Assembly: GCA_964016885.1 (NCBI GenBank)
Contig: OZ024742.1
Span: forward strand, 14,694,001 to 14,758,000
Source of the DNA: Eledone cirrhosa
Taxonomy: Eukaryota
DNA length: 64,000 nucleotides
Direction: 5' to 3'
Of the stretch, positions 12,215 through 23,415 are shown piece by piece. Numbering within the stretch: the stretch's first letter is position 1; each line of letters starts with the position of its first letter. A program made the position numbers and the translations under genes. The notes under the pieces are model-generated. The model was not told the origin of the DNA, did no database searches, and saw only the letters and a program-made list of their open reading frames with translations.

Positions 12215-12800
12215 TACAGGAGAGTACTTAGCTAAGAGAAAGCCACTGCATCTAGCATTTGTAGATTTGGAGAAGGCCTTTGACAGGGTCCCATGCTCTG
12301 TAATCTGGTGGGCACTTAGGACAGTAAATGTAGATGAATGTCTTGTGAGGGCTGTGCAGGTGATGTATAAAGGATCAATCAACAAAGTGAGAGATGACAA
12401 TGAGTACAGTGATGAATTTGATGTACAATTGGTGGTACACGAGGGCTCAGTCCTCAATCCACTCCTGTTTCTCATTGTCCTTCACACCATCACTGAGGAG
12501 TTTAAAACTGGAACTCCATAGAAACACCTGAGTACTGATGACTAGTCCTTACATCTGAATATATGGGAGAGTTAGTGGCAAAACTTCAAGCATGGAAGAA
12601 GAACTAAGAGCTGATACTTAGTAAAGATAAAAGTTTTAATAAGTAGCAAAGAGGAGAGTAATACCATGAGGGAATTGGCTGTGTTTAATATGTCAGAAAG
12701 TGGTGGGCAGAAATTCCATAAGGTGTACACTGTAATTTATGGAGGCACATTAGATGTAGTGGAATTACAGGTAGACTAATGGAAAAGATAGATTTTATAA
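12215..12800 (+). mobile_element. Degraded RTE RT fragment; also about 45441-46026
   Basis: LAFVDLEKAFDRVP, HEGSVLNPLLF. Confidence 0.85.
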
Positions 12801-13094
12801 AATCTTTCTAAATCTTTTCCTGCCTCAGTCTATCTTCCAATGAAGGACCAACGTTTGAAACGTTAAGACTCTTTCTCTATGTTTAACATCCTTTTCCACA
12901 CTATAATTGGTTAGACTTTGCCTTTCAGTCATACGGGGATCGATAAAATAAAGTACCAGTAACACACTGGAGTCAATTTAATCGACTTTCACCGACCCCA
13001 TCACCACAAATTGTTGGCCTTGTACCTGAACCAGAAACCATTATTGACAACTTATATAGCAATAGTTGACAAGAACTATATACGTGTTGTATTT

Positions 13095-13266
13095 TCATTG
13101 GTTAATGTGTAACACTTCCAAGAGTCTCCAGCTATAAGTTATATCATCCAACCCAACAGAGAAATATTAAACAATCTGTAAAACTTGAAAACTAACTGTG
13201 ATAAAATTGTGACATTTTCTCCACTAAACACCATCAACTCTACTTTGACTCTTTTACTCAGTAAGT
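13095..13266 (+). promoter_or_regulatory. Distal paralogous promoter (TATAAG 13133) with non-coding exon 1a (about 13157-13260)
   Basis: Inverted CCAAT (attgg), TATAAG, about 100 nt without ATG, consensus donor CA/GTAAGT at 13261; near-identical to 19750-19922. Confidence 0.5.
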
Positions 13267-13419
13267 TGACTTCTTTCCATCATATTTCTTCACCTTGGAA
13301 TTTATATATTTATTTATCTACTTATTCATTTATGTAAAATGAAATACACACAAACACTTTTATGCGCACTGTATACACATACACTGCACATACATATATG
13401 TATGTATGTATGCATGCCG

Positions 13420-14085
13420 GATCACTCTTGAGTGTTACTGGTAACATGTAACCCAGTACAACCTGTCGCATGGTCGGGTCGTCGACTAAACCGGCAACCC
13501 CACCAAGTTTACTTGGTGAGGAGCGTGATTTTGGACACCCTGCAGGACAAAAAGCAAAACCTGACAAAGGGCGGAAGAACTCATAAGAGTCAACGGCCAT
13601 CCAAAAGTGTGTAAATATGTATATACGCATGTACATATGTATGTATATGTGTATATACATGGGTACATGTGTATGTATATGCGCAGGGACATAGAAATAG
13701 TCGGACTGGACACCCGATCATGTGGTTAAACAACTGAGAGTGAAGGACTCCTAGCCTTTGTCAGGGCATTCTTCTAGGAGAAGGCAACTCAGGAAACTGG
13801 GATAACTCCGATATAAAACCTGCGGCTCAGTAGTTACCGATGATGTTGATCTTTTCTTCTTTTCGAGTTATAGCTACTGTCGCTCAGAGAGTGGGATTGG
13901 CTCAGTGCACAGTCTTTCCTCACTTTAAAAAAATTTTCACGCACAGGCATTGCATGATAGAATTAACTAATAATTATTAATAATGGTATATTGTGCAATG
14001 GCCATACTCGATAACGAGGGCGCAGTCGTCACATCATGTATGTATGTATGTATGTATGTATGTATGTATGTATGTATGTATGTAT
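13420..14085 (+). mobile_element. (TATG)n-tailed non-autonomous retroelement (SINE-like, probably RTE-dependent); also about 46646-47307
   Basis: Homologous to 25955-27960; 3' end gccatactcgataacgaggg..catgtatgtatg. Confidence 0.7.
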
Positions 14086-14507
14086 GTTATCTCTTTCTCT
14101 TAATTTTGAGTACATTTTTGACCGGCCACCTTCTTGGTGGAAAGGTTGTAAAAGAAAAAAATGGTCATCCCTTGAATCACAAGAATTTTTTGCAAATTTT
14201 GAAGGTGCCAGCTATTGTAGCCATTTGTAGTCTATAAATTAGGGAGCTGCGCTCCTTGTCCACAAATCTAAGTTCAGTTATACTTTGGTCCAAGTGAGTT
14301 GGTATATAACCCGTAGCTCCAATAATGATGGGTATGAAGCTGAAGGTGTATGTTGAATACTGGATCTGCAAACTCCTCATCAATGGTCCGTAGATGTCCT
14401 CCTTCTCTTGTATTTTTCTTACAATGTTGACATCAAGTGGGCAGCTGATCTCTACAAGAGAGCACGTTTTCACTGTGTCATTCCAAATAACAATATCGGG
14501 CCGGTTG

Positions 14508-15140
14508 TGTAGCAAGATCTGTGCACGCCTTGAACCTTGGATGACACCTAGAGGTCAAACTCTAGGTCACCACCCTTTTGGTGTGAACAGATTCATGCGT
14601 GTGCTATCCCCTCAAGGTGGGAGACCGAAAGTGACAGGTATATAAAGCCTATATTTTCCCACCTTACATACAGAGAAATCGGATCATTACAACAAGCTAT
14701 GTAAAGATTCACCGCTACCTTCAGACCCCAGAGATCTACAGACATACAGAGAGATCGGAGCACTACGATACAGACCAGCTATGTAAGGATTCACTGCTAT
14801 CTACAGGCCACAGTGGTCTACAGTCAATTACAGACCATTACTTTCTCTCTCTCCTGGTCGCAGACTAAACCAGACTCACGACAAGAACTACTACCACAGA
14901 CTGCAAACACCAACAAACTTTATCTGGTCGCTCGCTGTTTTCACATCAACAACAAAATAACATTGTCAACCTTTGCAACTCGTGGTAACTTGATTATTGT
15001 TCTTTTTGACTCATGTTTATTCTTCTTTTTGAAACAAGTGAAGTAAAACTTTATGTATAAACTAAATCTTTATTCTTGTTATTACATCCAACAAAATTGT
15101 TGATCCATCTAACTAAATCTTACTTATACCCTTCGTTAAA
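14508..15140 (+). mobile_element. Solo LTR (633 bp); also 47730-48362
   Basis: Starts TGTAGC, ends GTTAAA; 4-bp TSD GTTG on both sides; internal TATATAAA; cleanly interrupts the R4 ORF. Confidence 0.75.
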
Positions 15141-15199
15141 GTTGTGCTTTAATTTGGTGGCAGTCTTTATTGTCAGGTTCCACCAGTATTCTTTAGTGC

Positions 15200-18040
15200 T
15201 TTAGCAGTAGTTTATAATAATAGATATCACCAAGACTCACGTCAAGTCACCATTTTAGCAGAAATATATAATAATGATGGGAATATCAACACGGATAAAT
15301 ATGATGAATGTATGTTTATTTGTCGTAGTGAGAAAGAGACAAAGTTATCCACAAAGTAAATGTTTGTTGAATTGGATAGTTAAAGTTAACAATGTAAAGG
15401 TTATAAAAAGAATGTGGCATTGCGCCAGGCCCAAGGAAGGCCGACAGGCCAAAGTGCAAATCTCACCGTTACATTATCGCGTGTTTATTTCTCAGAGTCC
15501 AAAGCAGCAAGAGAGAGATGTCTGAATCGACGCGGGAATTTTTCTCTCAGGGCGTGTCGAGATACATTCTCCTATGCTGGCGGCGATTGGCTGAACTGTG
15601 CCAAACAAAGCACGGAGAATGTATCTATGAGCCCTCGGAATGTAGGTCACTACAATACCCCCTTCCTAGTCGCAAGACGATATATAAAATTGAATCAGCA
15701 GGAAAAATGCTGAAAGAGAGCACATCAATGAAAAGATTGAACAAAAGAATGCATGCAAGAAGAAAAATGAGGTGCTAAGGGCTGTGTTGAGCCACTGTGT
15801 CAAATGACTAACTGTTTTGCTATTTATACGTAACCATCAGGCTCTATCAGAAAATGGATAAAGTCTGACATGGGCAAAGTTGCTGTTCTTGCATTAAACG
15901 TTAGCTGTTATGGTAAGTGTTGTACCGGAGCTGTTGTCAATGATGGCGCTGTTATGGTAAATGTTGTAGCAGAGCTGGCAAGAAGATGATTGGTAGGTGA
16001 GAAATTGTCGGCCTCCCAGATGAATTGCCGGAAGTGCTAGGCAGCCAGTAAAAAATGGCAAGTTGCTTTGAAAAGAAAAAAAGCAAGTTGAATCTGTAGG
16101 TGGGTAGTAGTTGAAGCGGTAATTCCATAATTCTGACAAATCCATAGGAGAAATGGTGGATATGCTGACAGGTCCAGTTCCATTTGTTGTTTTCCCAGTG
16201 AGTCGGGTAAAGTAACAAGATGGAGGTTGTTATGCTATAGGACGATGAGTGTGCAACGAGATGCGAAACTGTTTGAATCCAGCTGCAATTAACATTCTCG
16301 TGTTGCGGTGCAGGTGAATTAAGCTACAAGTGTCGACAGCATGTTTTGGAATCTCCACCAGGTGAAAAGGGATCTCGCAGAATATTACGACGTTTGAAGA
16401 TCATATACTATAGACAACAACATGTTGGTGTGTGACAAAGAAATGTGTGTGCATATGCAGGCATGTAATACAGCAAAGAAAATGTGTGTGTGCACTCATA
16501 TATACAATGATAGAGTAAAAAAATGAATTTTCATATTATACAGTTTAAAAGAAATAAATGTCCAAACATTGCCTGTAAAAAAAGAAAGAAAGAATTGTTT
16601 TTTAAGTGGTTGTTGTCTCTCGCAGCCTTTTAAAGTTGTTCCAAGGGAAACAACTCGTTCAGAGCTTGAAGATCCAAAAAGAAGGGTGCGCAACATTTTT
16701 TTTTTACAGAGATTTCAGCCAAGATGTGTTGGTCAGTGTTGAAAAAAAAAAACAGTTGAGCGCTGTGATCTGAGTAAGTCCAGAAGAGCGGTTGTTGATC
16801 TGAGTGAGTTCAGATAAGTTTGTTTTAAGTAGCTGATCGCAGAATGAATGTGCATAAAAATGCCCAGCAAGTGACGCCAATTTACGACGCAAGGTGTCGC
16901 AATTCTTTTTTACCGGCATTAATAAAGTAGCTCGTGGTCGAAATATTCTTTGAGATGAATAGCAATGAGTGTGTTGGTAAAATCCGCCGCGCGGCAAAAT
17001 GACGAAACGAAGAAGACAAGATGGCTGCTCAAAAATGAAAGTCGCTATATTGGTTGTTGGTCTTAAACAAAAGCTTGGTTGAACAAGAAATTTTCAGAGA
17101 AAGAAATATCATGTTAAAAAATGAAAGAGTCCAATTTAATGAATGGTTCGTAGTAAGATGTAGCGAAAGTGTAAACAGCCAAGTGAGAAGCATTTGAACG
17201 TTGTCACCACGTGAGGTGGGAATAGAAATTTTTGTGTTCGTTTTGTTCCAACGGAGAAGTTGCCACATAGTTATTCTGTTGTTATGGTTAGTGGTTAACC
17301 AATGTTGTCGCTGCTGGTGCTGTTGTTGGTAGAGGAGGACTTGGCGATAGCCATCTTGAAACTAATTTCCTCGTGTTGAAATTTTTTTTTTTTTTTTAAT
17401 ACTGCTAATTTTTTTTTATTTTAAAGGAATATTTTGTACTTAAAATATTCCTCCATCGGGGGTCACCATTTTTAGCAGTAGTTTATAATAATAGATATCA
17501 CCAAGACTCACGTCAAGTCACCATTTTAGTAGAAAGATATAATAATTGTTTCTACTATTGGCACAAGGCCAGCAATTACCCAGTACATTACTGGTACTTT
17601 ATTTTATCGACCCCGTAAGGATGAAAGGCAAAGTTAACCTTTGGCAGAAAGATATAATAATGATGGGAATATCAACACGGATAAATATGATGAATGTATG
17701 TTTATTTGTCATAGTGAGAAAGAGACAAAGTTATCCACAAAGTAAATGTTTGTTGAATTGGATAGTTAAAGTTAACAATGTAAAGGTTATAAAAAGAATG
17801 TGGCATTGCGCCAGGCCCAAGGAAGGCCGACAGGCCAAAGTGCAAATCTCACCGTTACATTATCGCGTGTTTATTTTTCAGAGTCCAAAGCAGCAAGAGA
17901 GAGATGTCTGAATCGACGCGGGAATTTTTCTCTCAGGGCGTGTCGAGACACATTCTCCTACGCTGGCGGCGATTGGCTGAACTGTGCCAAACAATGCACG
18001 GAGAATGTATCTATGAACCCTCGGAATGTAGGTCACTACA
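15200..18040 (-). mobile_element. Non-autonomous Gypsy-like LTR element (LTRs 15200-15654 and 17471-18040); also 48422-51274
   Basis: Direct repeats of about 455 bp; 4-bp TSD GTGC; PBS TGGTGACCCCC after the 5' LTR; PPT AGGAAGGGGG before the 3' LTR; SINE piece in the 5' LTR; no pol motifs recognised. Confidence 0.85.
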
Positions 18041-18759
18041 GTGCCATCTATCTCAATATATACCTCCTCATTTGTTTCTAATTTTGTTTTCCTAAGTGTG
18101 TTCCAGATGGTTGTAGCTGTCACATCGTGTCTCATAGGGAGGTAGTAATGAGACGGCATTCTTTCGCAGTTGGCAACAATGTGGCTAACATCTTCAATCA
18201 TTATTTTACAAAGCCGAGGTTGACTTTGCCTTTCATCCTTACGGGGTCGATAAAATAAAGTACCAGTAATGCACTGGGTAATTGCTGGCCTTCTGCCTAA
18301 AGTAGAAACAATTATTTTACAAAGCCTACATTTATTGTCGACTGATGGCCCTCCTCTTTTGTGTAGCAGATATTTGGTTAGGATTTCTTGTTCCTGTATT
18401 GCATAGAGATATCCTTCAAGGTGGGATGTCATAAACTTATCAGAACACCATGCCAGGCTTTTTGAATGATTTATCCCCTCTATGGTCTGTGTTTTTCATC
18501 TCAGGTACCCATGCACAACTTTCTCTGTAAATTGCTCCATTTGTTTCATCTAGTTTGAATATTGAATAGGATTTTCCAATTTTCCTGGGAGAGAGATTTA
18601 TTTCAGGCCTTATTCCATATCTCTCCTCCAAATCAGTGGTTATCCTAATGATATTATTTCCTTCGTGCTCATAGACCTGGGCAAGATGGTTGCTGACCAT
18701 TTTCTTCTGAAGATGTTAAGAAGTAAGGAAATAAAATGTACGTTAGTGACACTGAAGTC

Positions 18760-19280
18760 CTTGAATGCAGTTGGTCTACCAGTATAGAGTCTCTCATATT
18801 TCAACATTGATTAAGATGGAGTGGTCATGTAGTGAGAATGGATGATGATCACATCCCTAGGCAGTTCCTGATGGTAAACGACAGGTACACAAACCAAAAT
18901 TGAGGTACAGGGATTGCAGCAAAAGCACTCTGAGGAAGATGAAAATATTGGAGAATGACTGGGAGAACCTCGCTCTCGATAGACTTTCCTGCAGGAAGCC
19001 AGTGCATGATGGGAGGAGAGAATTTGGAAGAAACCGTGTTGAGCATGAACAGCTCAAGTGGTGTGCTCATAAGAGCCTTGAGTCTAGTTTGTCAAAGTAT
19101 CTTGATTTAACCTGTAAAGAATGTGGCTGGTTATGTCTAAGTAGGGCGGGCCTTGACAGTCATCAGAGAAGCCACATACATGGAGACACTGTCAACTGTA
19201 CATTGTATGACATTTCTGTTTGTGGGGAGTAGAGTGTGCCACAGTTGGTGGACTGAAACATCATTTGAAAGTGCACCAAA
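18760..19280 (+). mobile_element. Degraded RTE-like 3' fragment with C2H2 finger; also about 51994-52514
   Basis: WSGHVVRMDD..P, CKECGWLCLSRAGLDSHQRSH. Confidence 0.7.
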
Positions 19281-19749
19281 AATATCAATAACAAGACACT
19301 ATGACAAGAAGTCATTTTATTTCAGCTAGAAGCAGCTACATTAACATATTGTTACGATAGAGGGAAATATTATATTTTAAAGTGATCATACTTTAATATT
19401 TATGAAAGTTGTAGCAAAGGATTTCAATATATTTTACTGATAAGATATGGAAGAAATATTTCTAAAGTAACTTTTCCCTTGTTTGTAATAGCTGTCATAG
19501 CTAATTCTGAAATAGTAAGAAAGATGAAATATTAGTATAGACAGATAAAATATTATTTTACATTATATTACATTACATTTAAAAAAGAGGGGGGGGGGTA
19601 TAAATAAAGTACTAGTAACACACTGGAGTCAATTTAATCGACTTTCACCGACCCCATCACCACAAATTGTTGGCCTTGTGCCTGAACCAGAAACCATTAT
19701 TGACAACTTATATAGCAATAGTTGACAAGAACTAAATACGTGTTGTATT

Positions 19750-19812
19750 TTCATTGGTTAATGTGTAACACTTCCAAGAGTCTCCAGCTATAAATTATAT
19801 CATCCAACCCAA
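19750..19812 (+). promoter_or_regulatory. Candidate core promoter of the peptide gene (TATAAA 19789-19794)
   Basis: attgg at 19753, then cTATAAAt about 25-30 nt before an ATG-free segment ending in a consensus donor. Confidence 0.55.
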
Positions 19813-19916
19813 CAGAGAAATATTAAACAATCTGTAAAACTTGAAAACTAACTGTGATAAAATTGTGACATTTTCTCCACTAAACACCATCAACTCTACT
19901 TTGACTCTTTTACTCA
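19813..19916 (+). other. Non-coding exon 1b of the peptide gene (start approximate)
   Basis: Consensus donor CA/GTAAGT at 19917; no ATG; exon 2 has an acceptor 23 nt before its ATG, so an upstream exon is needed. Confidence 0.55.
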
Positions 19917-20190
19917 GTAAGTTGACTTCTTTCCATCATATTTCTTCACCTTGGAATTTATATATTTGTTTATCTACTTATTCATTTATGTAAAATGAAA
20001 TACACACAGACACATATATACATACATACACACATACATACATGCAAACACTTTTATGCGCACTGTATACACATATACACTGCCCATACATGTATGTATG
20101 TATGTATGTATATTTGTTTCTCTCTCTCTTAATTTCGAGTACATTTTTGACCGGCCACCTTCCTGGTGGCAAGGTTGGAAAAGAAAAGAA

Positions 20191-21560
20191 ATGTTCTTCC
20201 GGTTTTGTAATTTCACAAATTTTTTATTAATAGAGAGAGAGTGGTTTCTAACATAGTTACAAGACTCTTTCATTGGAATTTACACATCAACTAGGTAGAT
20301 ATGTCTGCATGTCTGCATGCATGTGTGTGCAGGTATGGATGTTATTGTATATGTGGATGTGTATGTTTTGAGTTGCATGTGTGCATGTGTATATGCTTTG
20401 CATCTGTACATGTGTATATGCAGTTATTAGATGCAAAATTTTTGGAATGTTTTACATATTTTTACAGTTCCATTAATGGATTGTACTTGTAATTTCCTAA
20501 CTAGTTGTGTTCTTTCTGTTCCCGTGAAGCCTAGCTTCTCAAGATTTGTATTGGAGCAGTTACTAACATACCCCAGTGCCCCAATAATCACAGGCATAAA
20601 TCTGAAGGTGTAATCAGGGTGGAGTATCTGCAGATTTCTCATCAGTTATGCATAAATATTCTCCTTTTCACTAATCTTTGATATTATATTGGCATCTGCT
20701 AGGCAGCTAATTTCCAGTACTGTGCATGCTTTCTTCTACCTGTCCCATATCATAATATCTGGTCTGTTATGCCTGCATTTTATTTGGGTTTTTATTGGAA
20801 CATTCCACCAGTACTCTTTCATATTATGTACATGGATGTCTTCCACATTGCTGTAGCTTTTAATGTGTTTATTATCAGGGCTATCTTTTTTTTTATGGAT
20901 TGCATTGTCCAGTGTTTTGGCCACTACATCATGCCTCATAGGTTGATAGTACCGCGATGACATCTTTGGACAGCTGCTGATGACATGAGTGATATCTTCG
21001 ATGTCAGTTCTGCAGAGTCTGCACTTGTTATCACATCTAGGTGTTTTGCCTGCATCCCTATCTCTTTTCAGGTATTTTGTGTTAATTTCCTGTTCTTGGA
21101 TTGCAAAAGCGCATCCTTCAAAGTGGGAGCCAATATAGCGGTTGTTGGTCCAAGATAGACTACTTTCCTTAACTATATTACTCTCACTCTGGAGATTCCT
21201 GGTAACATATGCATGCATGATTTTTTGCTGATAAGCATGCAGTTTTTCATCCATGGATTCACTGCGATACTGCTGAGCGACTTCCCTGGGTGTGAGTTTT
21301 TGATTATCACACAGGGAATATCTCTCGAGGAGTTCCTTCCCGACTCTCATGATCTTATCTGTTTCATGCAGATAGACTTGCTTGAGAGACGGGCTCCTAC
21401 GCTTCGAGGTTCGTAGATGTTGTCGGAGGGATATGATGCGACATTCAAATGCTGTCTGGACTGATGTTAGGCCTCTGCCTCCCTGTTTATGTTTCAAGTA
21501 AAGGCGGTTTATGTCACTGTTGATGTCACTGCTTTCTTCTCCCTGTCCCATATCATATGT
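20191..21560 (-). mobile_element. R4/Dong-like RLE non-LTR 3' fragment; also about 53426-54794
   Basis: GGRGL, CRLC..HVISSC, RHDVVA, HNRPDIMIWDR, PVIIGALG; 3' UTR shared with 23130-23415. Confidence 0.88.
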
Positions 21561-21614
21561 ATGTATGAATGTATGCATGTATGTATGATATATGTATTCA
21601 TGTATGCAAGAAGG

Positions 21615-21705
<91 letters not shown>

Positions 21706-21744
21706 CTCTATCTACTTATCTATCTATCTATCTACCTATCTATC

Positions 21745-22545
21745 TCACCAGTCTGTTCAGTAGGACTTTCCGCCCGGGACCTATGGACAACTTCCAGAGG
21801 TCCCTGGCCTGGCATCCTACCGAGGACCTCTACCCGTTCGAGATAAGATCTACAGGCACGGACACCCCAGCAGGGATCCTTCCAAGAGGACGTGTACAAG
21901 ATGCACGCAGGACATTGAAACAGTCCTGCACGCAATTCTACACTGCCCGGGCATAACCGACCTGTGGAACTATGCAGAACAACTGCTGTCGCGTATGGGA
22001 CAAATCCAGTTGACTGCCGAGTCCATAGTAAGGATCAAAGCGCCAGCCTCTTTCAAAAACAAAAGAGAGGCGGTTTTCCTCTGTACGGTGGCTATGGTGA
22101 AAGAAGTTATATGGCGGACGAGGTTGAGAGGACTGAGGACAGATGCCTTTCTCTCCGGACAACAATTGATTCCCTTCTTTAAGTATCATTTTAGAAGGAG
22201 AATCAGAGTGGAGAGAGAGAGGCACTGCACCCCAGTAAATTTACTGAAAGGTGGGTGAATGAAGCGAAAATGGCCCGAGTGATTGGGCCTTCTCTGATTA
22301 TAAGCCTGTAGGTTGAGGAAGAGAGCAAAAGGAAGAAGGGAGCACTTGCACAACACGCTCCTGAAGTTGAGGGTTGTTCTATCGACGGGGTATTAAACAA
22401 CCCATTTGTGGCGCCTCTCCCCTATTGGGGATTTCGATTGTTATAATTGTTTGTTTCATATTTTTACACGATTGTATGTAAAATGCCCGGCATGTCTTTG
22501 TTTTGTCCCCTTTTCTTGTGCGCCCTTGAGGCTAATAAAGAAATA
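21745..22545 (+). mobile_element. Second, diverged Tx1/L1 3' fragment next to (CT)n/(TATC)n; also about 54989-55789
   Basis: GPMDNFQRSLAW and LTAESIVRI are homologous to 4090-4560; AATAAAGAAA terminus. Confidence 0.85.
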
Positions 22546-22591
22546 TATCTATATTGTATATAGTTTATTGTTATCCATTATTATTGTTAAA

Positions 22592-22787
22592 TATAGTGGT
22601 GAAGTGGATTGGCAGTATCGGTAGAGAGTCGGACGCCATGCTTTGAAGCATAGAGTTACGTCCCTTTACGGACTGAGTTCAAATCCCGCCGAGGTTAACT
22701 TTGCCTTTCATCCTTACGGGGTCGATAAAATAAAGTACCAGTAATGTACTGAGTAATTGCTGGCCTTGTGCCAAATGTAGAAACAAC
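22592..22787 (+). mobile_element. Complete tRNA-derived SINE with 13-bp TSD; also 55836-56031
   Basis: A-box tggcagtatcgg, B-box gagttcaaatcc; TSD tattattgttaaa at 22579-22591 and 22788-22800. Confidence 0.9.
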
Positions 22788-23415
22788 TATTATTGTTAAA
22801 GATTTTTATGTAAAAACCCCGCCGTCACATCTTGTAATGTCCCATTTTTGTACGCCCTTGTGGCAAATAAAGAAACCTATCTATCTATCTATCTGTCCAC
22901 ACACACTAACATGCACTACCAGACCTATACATACATTATATATGTTTATTTTGATATAGAAAAACCTGGAATGTGGCTCCAACTCTATTGTTGATTCTGA
23001 TCTCTGTCATGTAATCGTAAACATACTTAAACATAACCTCCTGTTTACTTTTCATATGACAAACATATAGCTTTTCTATTGCCTTCTATTCTTCTTTCAT
23101 AAATAACATTCTATGTATGTAACTATGTATGTTCTTCTGGTTTTATAATTTCACAAATTTTTGCCAATAGAGAGAGAGTCGGTTTCTAACATAGACACAA
23201 GACTCTCTCATTGGAATTTACACAATATCAACTAGGTAGATTATGTATCCATGCATGCATGTGTCGATATGGATTTTATTGTATGTATGGATGTGTATGT
23301 TTTGAGGTGTATGTGTGCATGTGTATATGCTTTGTATCTGTACATGTGTATATGCAGTTATTAGATGCAACATTTTAGGAATGTTTTACATATTTTTACT
23401 GTTCCATTAATGGAT

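Larger units (their letters stand above)
14165..18720 (-). mobile_element. R4/Dong-like (RLE) non-LTR fragment split by a solo LTR, an LTR element and a SINE; also about 47387-51954
   Basis: EGYLYAIQEQEI, CRLC..HIVANC; removing the inserts restores EIDGTKEYWWNLTIKTATKLKHNRPDIVIWND..VEISCP. Confidence 0.85.

Noticed and set aside
12825-12885. Possible hammerhead ribozyme or Penelope LTR remnant (aatgaagg..gaaacg)
   Set aside because: The CTGANGA core is absent and I cannot establish the stems.
22592-22700. tRNA gene
   Set aside because: The A/B boxes belong to a SINE head with a TSD; there is no intact cloverleaf.
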